NCBI GenBank assembly: GCA_905250055.1
Contig: CAJNOF010000289.1
Coordinates: 125,844-147,143, forward strand
Direction: 5' to 3'
DNA from: Rotaria sp.
Lineage: Eukaryota
Length of the DNA: 21,300 nt
A program made the translations under genes and the position numbers. Of the stretch, positions 8,961-19,400 are shown piece by piece (position 1 is the stretch's first letter; the number at the start of each line of letters is the position of its first letter). The notes under the pieces were generated by a model. The model saw nothing but the letters and a program-made list of their open reading frames with translations, had not been told where the DNA came from and did no database searches.

Positions 8961-9011
8961 TAAATCCGAGGTTTCTACATTTATTTTACTATTCAAATTG
9001 GAACTATTTAG

Positions 9012-9085
9012 ATAATGATGAATGTTTTCCTATATCAGCACCAATTACAAAAGAAAATCTTGATAAAGCCAAACACTTTGTTCTG
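9012..9085 (+). CDS. PARP4: PARP4-like exon 12 (vWA).
   Basis: DNDECFPISAPITKENLDKAKHFVL, in phase, with a GTTAGT donor. Confidence 0.6.
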
Positions 9086-9147
9086 GTTAGTAGTTTATCT
9101 TTTAAATCTGATTTTCCTATTGAAATATACGTGTTCACATATTCTAG

Positions 9148-9922
9148 CATTCACTTGTCCATCGTGGTAATACGGATCTATTTGCTGTTCTTCATCGTTA
9201 TTCACTATTACCATCGTCATTATCGTCGAAATTTGGTCGTCAATTCATTCTTCTATCCGATGGACATATTCACGATCTTAATTCGATTCTTGCTCTACTC
9301 AAACATCGACCAACTATGCGTCGTGATCGTTTGTTTACATGTTCAATTGGTAATGTTGCAAACAAACATAGTTTGAAACAGTTAGCTAATGGAGCAAATG
9401 GAGGCGGTCTAATAACAATGTTCGATTCGAACTATCGATCGAAATGGAAAACAAAAGTATTGAACATTCTCGAACAGATTCGACAACCATGTGTTACAAG
9501 TATATCAATCGATTGGCATGGTTGTTTGAATGAAGAGCAAAAATTCAATATGCAAGCACCGAAAATGATTCGATCTTTGTTCAATGGAATGCGACTTACT
9601 GTCTATCGATTCATAGAAAATTGTCACAAGGCAACGTTGACGGCTACTATTGATGGACAAGAATTTGTTACCACTGTATTTAGTAGTACGATGACAACGA
9701 CCAGAGGACGTATTCTACACTGTTTAACCACTCGAGCGATCATCGATGATTATGACAATGGACTATTGGATGTAGATGAGAGCGAAAACGAATTGATTAA
9801 AGTTCAATATAAACGAGATCTCATCGATCTCAGCATCAAACATTCTGTTGTCAGTGCATACACTAGTTTTGTTGCCATCGAAGAACGTAATGTTAAAACG
9901 GATATAAAAACTCTTCAACCAG
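9148..9922 (+). CDS. PARP4: PARP4-like exon 13 (rest of vWA and an ITIH-like C-terminal region).
   Basis: Translation is HSLVHRGNTDLFAVLHRYSLLPSSLSSKFGRQFILLSDGHIHDLNSILALLKHRPTMRRDRLFTCSIGNVANKHSLKQLANGANGGG...SAYTSFVAIEE...TLQP. Confidence 0.85.
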
Positions 9923-10141
9923 GTTAGTAAAAAAAAGTTGAGATTTTATGAGTAAACTCATGGGTTGATTAGTGACAGAACAGCACAAAAGTAAAAATTT
10001 ATCTACATGCTTCTGATAATATGGATCAAAAATCTTAATACCACCAAAATTCAAGTATCTACATTCGAGTTGTAGCCAATAATCGATATAGTTTTGTCAT
10101 GCAATCTACATCACTATTGAAACATGTACTTTCTGTTATAG

Positions 10142-10450
10142 GTGTTCGTCTGCTTGAAGTTATGCTGGAACGCGATGTTGACTTACTACCATGCATGGGA
10201 TGGGATGGTGACGCATCATATTTGACTTTAATCAAACAGCAATTAGCCGATGCGCGCATTTCACTCCAATGTGCGTCGATTCAGGACAAAAAAGAAACAG
10301 TTGCTGATATTGAAAAACTTTGTCAAAAAATTTCCTACCGAGCAGGTGGTGATGCAAAATTTGGTACAATGATGACTATCATACGCACATATCGTTATTC
10401 ATTGAATGAATACAATAAAGCAGATGAACTCGAAGACAAAATGCGAAACG
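10142..10450 (+). CDS. PARP4: PARP4-like exon 14.
   Basis: Translation is VRLLEVMLERDVDLLPCMGWDGDASYLTLIKQQLADARISLQ...EDKMRN. GTATGT donor, phase 1. Confidence 0.7.
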
Positions 10451-10537
10451 GTATGTTAATTGAACTAGAACCAAAATATACATTTATTGATTTTGAAAAA
10501 TGAATAGATATACTGACCGAAATGATTAGTGCAACAG

Positions 10538-10608
10538 CAGAAGAACGACAAGCATTGCAAAAACAATGTCTGGCGAACAGTTTGATAATCACAAATGACG
10601 AATTGTAA
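10538..10608 (+). CDS. PARP4: PARP4-like terminal exon (tentative), with stop TAA at 10606-10608.
   Basis: An 87-nt intron gives AEERQALQKQCLANSLIITNDEL followed by a stop. An alternative acceptor at 10529 gives a different short tail. Confidence 0.4.
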
Positions 10609-11070
10609 GTGAAAGAAAGGAAAGGAACATTCAAAAAAACTTTGATGTTCGTTCTCTTGCAGTGAATCATTGGCTAAATACGATGGTAAGAAGAAAACTT
10701 GATCATTTTACTTCGGAAAACTTAAACGAGAGAAAGAAAGTGATTCTATAATTTAGACCAAAATGAAAAATTAGGCACACACTATCGACTATCAAAGTAA
10801 TAGACAAAAAGAATCTGATTATTTTGGTTTGTGTATATTATAGCATCTGAGCAATTCGATTAAGACAGCACAGAGTAAAATATAGTTTTTCTATTCAATT
10901 TTTAATCGTAGGTTTGTGTTTCCTCTCTCTATAACATAGTATAATTTGAATAAGAGGACTTGAACATAACAAAAGAATAAAGTATTATTTGAATCGTGAT
11001 GGATCCAAGAAAAATCTTAATAATTGCATAACATATCCACACTACGTATATTGATCTTCGACAGACTTAC

Positions 11071-11227
11071 GAGGGAAGGCCACGAACTGATAAATCGCTT
11101 TTTAAATTTTGGTCATGCCAATTTGTAGTGCTTGTTGAGTTATTAACTGATATAATAACTCAACAAGCTCTACAAATTGGCATAGCTAAAATTTAAAAAG
11201 CGATTTATTAGTTTGTGGCCTTCCCTC
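11071..11227. repeat. Near-perfect 157-bp palindrome (foldback) with arms of ~75 bp and no spacer.
   Basis: gagggaaggccacgaactgataaatcgctttttaaattttggtcatgccaatttgtagtgcttgttgagttattaactgatat | ataataactcaacaagctctacaaattggcatagctaaaatttaaaaagcgatttattagtttgtggccttccctc. Confidence 0.85.
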
Positions 11228-13240
11228 ATTAGCCAATTGCTTATGGAATAAGATATCTGAAAGTGTTCTGTTCTCAATTGTATTGTCGATATTGATATAA
11301 TCTACTCATCGCTATAATGAGATATTCTAATGTGTTTTATTCAAAAAATAAACGAGTTCACTGGAGTAGAAATTCATTGTCATGTTAGGATAAACATTTT
11401 ATCCATTCACTTGAACTTAGCGTCGAGAACAAAAATGAATAACCATTGCATGTTCTCAAGCTTCATATTGCATTTTTGAAACTCTAACAGTAGTAGGAAA
11501 TCGTTTTTGAAAGCTTTGGCGAAGTGATATTAAACGGAATTGCTTGGATGTTTTTTGAAAGAATTATATAGTCTAACTTTACAGCCTGACCTATACTAAG
11601 TAGAACATTTAAGAACATCACAATGAATACTTTGCGAAAAAAGTGAAGATCATTTTCAAAGCAATATTTATATTTCATTTTCATAGATTTGGTTCGTATG
11701 CTTGGAGCTGATTTCAAGGATTTAACAACAGTTGAACAAATAGAAAAGATAAGAAAACTATGCACCATGGTGCGCCAATTCAATGCTACATATAAGAATA
11801 ATGCCGAAAATTGAATATTTCTTTTTCAGTTAGGTGAAGTACCAGATTTTACTGGTGAATTATTTATGCCAACAACAGCAAACCTATCACCAATACCTGA
11901 AAAGCAATTTCCAACTACAGATAACATGAAGATAACGGTGCGTAAGTGAAAGAGGGACCATCATCCACAGCTGCACCCTGACTGAAAGACAAATTTTCAT
12001 ATAAGGATCTTTCTTTCTCAGTAAAAGTATCTTCAAAATACTTCATCCAGTTGAGTTGAAATTGATACCGATGCTAAACCGTTGCGTAGAAAGGGCACAG
12101 TAAATATTAGAGCACAAAAAATTAAATTGCGGGGCGAGTCATAGGTGGTGCCAAAATCCACAAATTTCAGGATAATATTAAATTAAAGGCGGCACTTTTG
12201 GATGGCTTTCTGTTCTCTTAGTACGGAACTCAAACGAAAATGTTTTTTAACGAACGATAGTACTTAGATATAATTATTCATCTGTAGAGTAACACTGTTT
12301 AGTAATTAAAAACAAAATTGAGCTTTATTCAGGGTAATCTTAAACGAAAATCTGATGGTTTTCCAAAAAAACTGCTGTAAATATTTGAAAGAAACAAAGA
12401 ACAGTTTAGTAAGAAAAGGACGACTTCGATTGATATAAATACAAGATATATGTATTTCGAAAGAAGAGACTTCACCGCATGTCTCTATAGAAGACAATTC
12501 ATTTTTGCTTTAGAGAAAAAAAATCAACTTCTGTTAAGAGCTATTAGCATAATAAATCAAATAGGAAAACTTCATCTTAACATTTTTCACATTAAACTGA
12601 GTTGAAAAAATATTTACGACACAAGAAGCATGTCATGTTCAATGGAGTCGAACTGAAAAAAGAGGTCTAACTTTTTAAGTTAAGAAATGTGACCTTTAGT
12701 TACTTATTTTCTTAATCTTTAGGCTTCCTTCATCAAGAATTTGTTTTCAAATAAAACAAATACAAAAATATTAGAAATAATTTCTCAAAACAAAATATGT
12801 AAAGTGTCATATACTACAGAAAACATACTTGCAAACAAAAACAACGATTTGACTAGAATATCAGTCGAATTTCATCAAGACATATTTCTGATAGAGTCTA
12901 CATATTATTTCATGTTTTAGTTCTATGTTGATTCTAAACATTGTATTCATTTTATTTCGCACTACACTTCATTCCCAGGAGGTTCAGTTAAAATTGAGTG
13001 CAAGGAAAGATAGGATTTCTCTTAGTCTCAAGTATTACAGATTTTTTAAGTAGAACTCATTCAAATTTGATTTGCTTCTCCTCATCGGCAAGATTATATG
13101 TCAAGAATATGAAAAATAGGTCTTTTTAGATTGAATTTTTCATGTTAACTGCGAAGTTTTTTTCTCTCTCGGATCACTACCAAATGGTTCCAATACTGAT
13201 TATTGTGAACCCGTTCATTCAGTCCTATTATTTATTCTAG

Positions 13241-13384
<144 letters not shown>

Positions 13385-13398
13385 TAAATATTAATTAG

Positions 13399-13476
13399 GT
13401 ACGGTGATGCGTAGTCTTGGTCAAAATCCAACTGAAGCTGAATTGCAAGATATGATCAATGAAGTTGATGCTGATG
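13399..13476 (+). CDS. Calmodulin-like exon (EF-hand 2, first part).
   Basis: [26 protein letters not shown]. The 61-nt intron is in phase. Confidence 0.85.
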
Positions 13477-13659
13477 GTAAGGTTTTAATCAATCAAATAG
13501 TAAATTTGATTTGGTCTATATTTTGATTACATTAAACAGAAAAGAATTTCTAACCTTTAATTGAACATAGACGCCCGTATCTAATTAAAATCAAATCTCG
13601 AGATATATTTATTCTTGAAGTCATTCGATTTTTTCTCTTGTATATAAAAGAACAAATAG

Positions 13660-13836
<177 letters not shown>

Positions 13837-13884
13837 TAAGGGAAAAAATCTAACATACAAATATGTTTATTCTTTTTTTTAAAG

Positions 13885-13969
13885 TCATGTCATGACAAAT
13901 TTGGGTGAAAAACTCACTGATGAAGAAGTTGATAAAATGATTCGAGAAGCAGATATTGATGAAGGTTAG
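13885..13969 (+). CDS. Calmodulin-like last exon found. The frame stops inside the EF-hand 4 loop (..IREADIDEG*), with TAG at 13967-13969.
   Basis: HVMTNLGEKLTDEEVDKMIREADIDEG followed by a stop. No downstream exon encoding the GQVNYEEF...TAK tail was found. Confidence 0.75.
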
Positions 13970-14084
13970 ACCATTATTTTTATTAAAGAATATTCCTTCG
14001 ACTGAAGGGAGGGTCATATGAAAAAAAAATGATTTTGTGTGTCTGTGTATTTGTGGCAAAGTCAAAAGAACATTCGCTTAAAGA

Positions 14085-14420
14085 TCAATGCTCAGGTTTC
14101 TTCGATATCTAGCTTTCGTCCAATCAGTTTCTTTTGGGTTAGAATTTCAGCTTATCAAGGGTTTTCGATATTGGCCTTTCGGCCGATCAGATCCTTTTAG
14201 CTTGAAGTTCCAGTGAATCAGGGATTTTCGATATCGGGCTTTCGACTAATCAGATTCGTTCAGCTTGGAGTGTCAACCAATTACGGGTTTTTCGATATTG
14301 GAGTTTTGACCAATAAGATTGTGTCTGTTAGAAATTTCAGCTATTGAAACATTTTCCAGAACTTACCTGCCATCCAATCGGATTGTGAGAATCTGGGCTT
14401 TAAGCCGATCAGTATTTTGT
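14085..14420. repeat. Degenerate tandem repeat with a ~63-bp unit and ~5 copies (core tcgatatYggSctttcgRcYaatcag).
   Basis: Successive units read gggttttcgatattggcctttcggccgatcagatcc.. / gggattttcgatatcgggctttcgactaatcagattcg.. / gggtttttcgatattggagttttgaccaataagattg.. Confidence 0.7.
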
Positions 14421-15250
14421 TGGTGCATTCCTCGTTCAACCAGACTTTGTCGGAGGGGTGTCGACAAATGACTAGCCACTCATTTCTGAGGTCAACTGCA
14501 GCTATGCTTGAGAATAGATCGATATGAAATCTAACATGTCTTTTGGGACACTTCATTAGGGTTCCGTTAATGAAAAATTCCAGATTAACACAGTTTCTAT
14601 AGCAAGATCGAGAAAAGAAAGGTGTTAAGTATAGTTCACAATAAAATGTCCTCTTTTCGAAAATTTGTGTCGAGATTTCTTCTATTTTTTCTACGAAAAA
14701 TATACCTGTTGTGTAATGCTTCGCCTCTTCGTTGTTACGATGAACATAGTCCATCAGGTTTAATTTCCTATGAAGCTGCCTATTAGAAAGGAAATGGTAG
14801 AAGCTTCTACATTCTGACTTTCGCCCATCTCACGCTTTTCGAAAATGCATCTGAGTTCTACAAAGAGATTTTCCAATGAGAAATTGCACTTGGGAATGGA
14901 AGCCACTAGCTGTGAATGGCATCTCAAAGGGTACTAACGATTAGTTGCTCTGATGAATTCGCCGAAGGTGTGCTTCAGACCGATCAAGTCGGATCGGCTG
15001 AAACTGTGTTAGAAAGCGGCAATAGGCTGAAAAAGTTTTCTTTAAACTATCTGCGGTTTTGACATCTTTTTCAGCTATTGTACATTTGACTGAAACACAT
15101 CGATATCTTTTGCCTATTTTCATGGGAAATGTTTTGTACGTGTTTGAACCAGAGATGATCATGACTCGGTTTTTTAAATTTTGAACCGAAACGAAACCCA
15201 GAGAAATTCAACTAGGGCTGAACCGAATCGAATTGAAAAAGCTTTTTGTT
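14400..15250. other. GC-richer non-coding block, probably a decayed mobile-element remnant. It overlaps the unrecognisable antisense ORF at 14341-14754.
   Basis: Visibly higher G+C than its flanks. No frame gives a recognisable protein. It contains short internal direct repeats (gaaccgaaacgaaa / gaaccgaatcgaat at 15180-15240). Confidence 0.3.
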
Positions 15251-17330
15251 CTACTGTATATAATTAATGTTATATCATCGTTAAATAGATTTCTTCTTTT
15301 TTTTCTGAGCTACTATCAATAAGAAGCAGGTTGAATAATACTGTGTATGTTTAATAAAGAATAAATATTTATTTTGCATTGAATTCGATGACTAGCTGCC
15401 TTATTTTAGTTCGAAAAATAGGTCAAAATTCAAAAAAATTTGCACATGAAAATACGGAAAACCACAGATAGTTTTTATCTGAATTAGTTCTTAGACCTAT
15501 CTATGGGCAAAGTTTCAGATTCGATTTGCTTAATTTGATTTTTTCAGTAAATACCTAGGAATAGGTCAAAAATGCAGTAAAAGGACCATAACCTTTTGAA
15601 GGAAAAGCCATGGACAGAAACCGTTTTGGACTTTTTACTACCTCTATATACTCTATCAAATGAGATATGAATCATTTTAAATGGAGAGTGAAACTTCGGA
15701 TGGTTCCCTCGTTAGATTTATGCGAATCGAGACTGGTGTGAGGTAAAATCAGTCAGGTGACTCTCATGGAGAAGGATGCGGTGTGGTGCCTTTCCTAGTA
15801 CGAACGTGCAAAACGATTGTTTCCACTTTCTTTGGTTAAAACTGTGTTTTATAGATGAAAACTGTATTAATTAATGAGAAAAATTTTTTATTTCATTATT
15901 GAATATCCAAAAATCGATTTCGTTTTTGGAGACTTATTTCCACTTAAGAAAACTCACTATGCTTTTATGAAATGAATTTCTTCTGAGGAAAGTCGTGTAA
16001 TTACCTGCCTCGTAATTAAAATTAAAATCAAGCCTTATCTCTGACCTTTTTGACTTCACTCATAACATATTTCCTGCCGGAATTATAATTTATAATTGTG
16101 ATAAAATTTTCAGTCGAGGATCAAGTGAGTTGTAGCGACGAGCATTACTTGTCATTATAATGAAGGAAATACTAAATAGCAATTATCTTTACTTATATTG
16201 AAAGGTGAAGAAAATTGCATCGAGCAGTATCGTTCATGAAATGGTTTAGAATAGTAATGTATGACAGAGTAGTAGATATTTGTGTCATCGTGAAATCTGT
16301 ATCAAAAACGATTAGAATTTTGACATTCAGATCGATTAATAAAATACTTTCTTAAAAATTGCTTATGAACTTTTGATAATTGACTCTACTACAATTGCAT
16401 AGATAACAATTTTAGTGAATTTATTCATGTGGCATAAGTAAGCATAATCTTAATGCGTGATATTTAATATAATCAATTTCAAGTGATTATTAGGTACATA
16501 ATCCATTTTAATAAACACATCTTTGAATAAATAATACGTTGCTATTCTGATTGCCACTACTACAAGACTACGATTTCTAATCCTTTACCTTACCACCCAT
16601 AACTGTTCTAAAAGACTCACAGATAAAATAATCACACGACTAGAGCACTAATCTTTCCAATATGTCAGTAGAGGAAAGAATGGAACAACTTGAAAAGTTC
16701 TACTTCATATCTCTTTATCGGCAATGTTGATTAGATTAAGAGGATTTACTTAAATCAGTGGATTTATCTATTGATAGCATATAATACATTTTCACCGTAC
16801 CAAAAGAAAGCTATAGCTCAGAAGAGTTAGTCCTCATCCTCAACTACAAACTCTGTCCATGAAAATCTCATGATGAGGGTACCTTCATAGCAGTTGATAT
16901 ATTTTCTAATCCATCAGTGCAAACTAATACATTAGATAGAAAATTTCGAGCGCTTCAGAATATGTTATTATGCTTTTACAAATATCGTGACGATATATTA
17001 TTTTTTCCAGAGGTATATATGGATTAATCTTATATCGAATTGTTTTTTGACATATGAGATTTGTAGATTGACATGATGTAGACATTTAATTTAGTACTGA
17101 AATATTTGTTGTGATGTTTTATAGTTTATCGCAGCTGCAGTCAGCGAAGAAGAGTAATTAATTTGGTGTAACTGTTTGCTTTCTTTTATCAAAAATGAAT
17201 AGCTTATTTGTCACTAATCTAGACAACAGTATTTTGTAGCTACTGTTGAAGTTTATTTTTAGGGATAAAACTATCAGAATTGCGATCGAAAACAAGTGGT
17301 TTGAAACAAGAGTCATTAGAGGAATATGAA

Positions 17331-17580
17331 ATGGCAGATTCATACGATGACAAGGGCAAAGACACCGACGATTCATCTTCGCTTCGGTTTATACACACCT
17401 GTTGGCCTTTGTCGACGAGTCATGATTTGCCCACTTCGAAGATAATTCTAGGTAATGAAAAGGAACGCTTGACAGAATCAAATTTTCTTAAGTTACTTTC
17501 GAAATCAGAAGGCCAACCAATGCCAATGTCTACTGTTGATAAGAAACTGAAAAAAAAGAAGATGAAAGAAAGAGGTACAG
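17331..17580 (+). CDS. HSP70 substrate-binding-domain-like gene, exon 1 (low-complexity acidic and basic N-terminus).
   Basis: First in-frame ATG at 17331. Translation is MADSYDDKGKDTDDSSSLRFIHTCWPLSTSHDLPTSKIILGNEKERLTESNFLKLLSKSEGQPMPMSTVDKKLKKKKMKERGT. GTAAGA donor. Confidence 0.55.
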
Positions 17581-17627
17581 GTAAGAACGCTATTAGAATC
17601 AAGTTCATTTCATTATCTCCGTTATAG

Positions 17628-17706
17628 GATCAGTGCCTGCACCACCATCAGGGCCACTACTAGGACCGCCTCAACAACAACCAAAACCTAGCACCAAGAT
17701 GCCAAT
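17628..17706 (+). CDS. HSP70-SBD-like gene, exon 2 (Pro/Gln-rich).
   Basis: GSVPAPPSGPLLGPPQQQPKPSTKMP. 47-nt intron, phases consistent. Confidence 0.55.
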
Positions 17707-17757
17707 GTATGTATTTTCCGGACTCTGTGTCATGTAGTCATTGATGTTTTCTGTTAG

Positions 17758-17852
17758 GATGGCAGGTTTGACATTACCATGCAATCAGCCATCAGTACAA
17801 ATATCTGAAGCTGCAGCATCGTCATCTTGTATCGATGATCTCAAGACTACAA
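17758..17852 (+). CDS. HSP70-SBD-like gene, exon 3.
   Basis: MMAGLTLPCNQPSVQISEAAASSSCIDDLKTT. GTAAGA donor. Confidence 0.55.
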
Positions 17853-18129
17853 GTAAGATTTGAATTTCCGCCTATTAATGTTCATGGTAATTCCTAACTT
17901 CAACTAGATTTGAGCTATAATACTTCGACTTCTTGCGCAAATAATAGGTTGTTCTTATACGATCAAGAGTTTCGAATGTTTTACACCTATTTCCGAGGAG
18001 GAAGCAGTAATTTATGAGTTTGATGAATTTGATTAAATTTGAGTGAGTATAGTAAGCTAAATTCAAGTCACTGAGACTCACTGGAGTTAACGTTAAACAT
18101 TCTACGTTCTGATTTGATGTCCATTTTAG

Positions 18130-18333
18130 GTCTTGAATTGGCAGCACCATTCGATTCATCTGATCATGTAATTGATCCTTCTGCATTGACTTCTCTTTCT
18201 TTACCTGAACCACGATCACCAGACATATCATATCGAACAATATCACTATCAAAAGAAGCGGCAAAATTTGCATTCCCCGATAGTGGCAACTGTATGCAAT
18301 CTCCAATAGCATCAAAACCGAAGCCAAGTGTTA
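18130..18333 (+). CDS. HSP70-SBD-like gene, exon 4.
   Basis: SLELAAPFDSSDHVIDPSALTSLSLPEPRSPDISYRTISLSKEAAKFAFPDSGNCMQSPIASKPKPSV. GTAAGT donor. Confidence 0.6.
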
Positions 18334-18390
18334 GTAAGTTAGAATCATACAAATTTCTCGATTATTTTAATTAATGATCTTTGAACATAG

Positions 18391-18661
18391 AAACACCTTC
18401 ACGAGTTTTGTCAAAGAGTGGTAAACATGGTAGCATGCGAGTACTTGTCAGTGAACCACAAAGTTCAGACGATGATACAATGTATGAAATACTACCAATG
18501 GATTCGACATATTTCTCTCCAGATGAAACTGTACGATGTGATGAGATGTTTAACAAAATACGTGTGCCAATGGAAAAACGAGAAGATGATATGAGAAAGT
18601 TTACAAGTGAAAGCGCAAAATCAAAATCCACGATTCATAAAAGGGCAAGACAATCAGAAAT
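18391..18661 (+). CDS. HSP70-SBD-like gene, exon 5.
   Basis: KTPSRVLSKSGKHGSMRVLVSEPQSSDDDTMYEILPMDSTYFSPDETVRCDEMFNKIRVPMEKREDDMRKFTSESAKSKSTIHKRARQSE. GTAAGT donor. Confidence 0.6.
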
Positions 18662-18753
18662 GTAAGTTTTGACAAAGGTGTGCGATGATTAATTATTAAT
18701 CGTCATTCTCGATCGATGGCTTTGTTTTTAATGAGAATTAAATGAAAATTTAG

Positions 18754-19000
18754 GTCTCGATCAAGAATGACACATAGTTCAACATCCGACGCATCTGTCT
18801 GTAATCTACTTCTTCTGGATGTCTGCCCACTTAGTCTAGGCATCGAAGATATTCACGGTAACATGCATACACTCATTCGTCGTAATACAATTATTCCAAC
18901 GCGAACTGAACTTTATCCAATATTCACAAATGCTTATGCCTATCAGACAACAGCTACCATTCGCATATTTGAAGGTGAACATAATTTCACAAAATACAAT
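18754..19000 (+). CDS. HSP70-SBD-like gene, exon 6 (first half of the HSP70 SBD-beta).
   Basis: ..[72 protein letters not shown] parallels HSP70 [63 protein letters not shown]. Confidence 0.8.
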
Positions 19001-19053
19001 GTACGTAGTGTTCTAACTTCATAAATTTTATTTTCTAGCCTTCTCTATTGTAG

Positions 19054-19222
19054 ACATTATTGGGCGAGTTTAGTCTTTCCGGCCTAACAAGCAACTTCGC
19101 TCCTCAGACACTCGAAATAGCTATTCGTATGGATATCGATGCTAATGGGATACTTCGTGTCGATGCTGAAGAAGCGCGTTCGGGCGTGAAAGCTTCATTT
19201 ACTCTTGAGTCCAATCAGCAAA
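19054..19222 (+). CDS. HSP70-SBD-like gene, exon 7 (second half of SBD-beta).
   Basis: [56 protein letters not shown] parallels [55 protein letters not shown]. Confidence 0.75.
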
Positions 19223-19280
19223 GTTCTACAATTTCTTAGATGTTTCATATCATCATTAAATGCCGTTTATATTTATCTAG

Positions 19281-19352
19281 GATTGAACAAAGATGATATT
19301 GAGCGACATATTACCTATGTAGAAAGTGATACAAATTTTGCAGCTAAATCTG
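19281..19352 (+). CDS. HSP70-SBD-like gene, exon 8 (start of the lid region).
   Basis: RLNKDDIERHITYVESDTNFAAKS parallels HSP70 [22 protein letters not shown]. 58-nt intron, GTTAGT donor. Confidence 0.7.
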
Positions 19353-19400
19353 GTTAGTGTGAAAAAAGGATAAATGATATTCAATTATTGTTCTTTTGTA

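Noticed and set aside
9131-9376. Track ORF 9131-9376 (MFTYSSIHLSIVVIRIY..)
   Set aside because: It is an alternative frame of the genuine vWA exon 9148-9922. The correct frame gives HSLVHRGNTDLFAVL...ILLSDGH.
10451-10468. An 18-nt GT..AG interval (gtatgttaattgaactag) as the intron after 10450
   Set aside because: It is too short. An 87-nt intron to the acceptor at 10537 (caacag) is preferred.
12118-12190. tRNA-like GC-rich start gcggggcgagtcataggtggtgcc
   Set aside because: There is no T-loop (GTTCRA) and no acceptor-stem complementarity. It is not a tRNA.
10059-12497. Minus-strand track ORFs 10059-10259, 10395-10670, 11484-11783 and 12306-12497
   Set aside because: They are antisense to, or overlap, PARP4 exons or AT-rich intergenic sequence. 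They have no domain resemblance, and no splice-consistent extension was found.
14341-15162. Minus-strand ORFs 14341-14754 (137 aa) and 14941-15162
   Set aside because: They have no recognisable domain, and the first overlaps the tandem repeat. They are probably relic or noise inside a decayed insert. They are reported only as a compositional block.
17158-18631. Minus-strand ORFs 17158-17376, 17420-17608, 17875-18327, 18164-18352 and 18371-18631
   Set aside because: They are antisense to the exons or introns of the HSP70-SBD-like gene. The + strand carries the splice-consistent, homology-supported frame.
19223-19280. Reading exon 7 of the HSP70-like gene through to TAG at 19236 instead of splicing at the weak GTTCTA donor
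   Set aside because: Splicing the 58-nt intron gives RLNKDDIERH, which aligns exactly with HSP70 [10 protein letters not shown]. The spliced form is retained.
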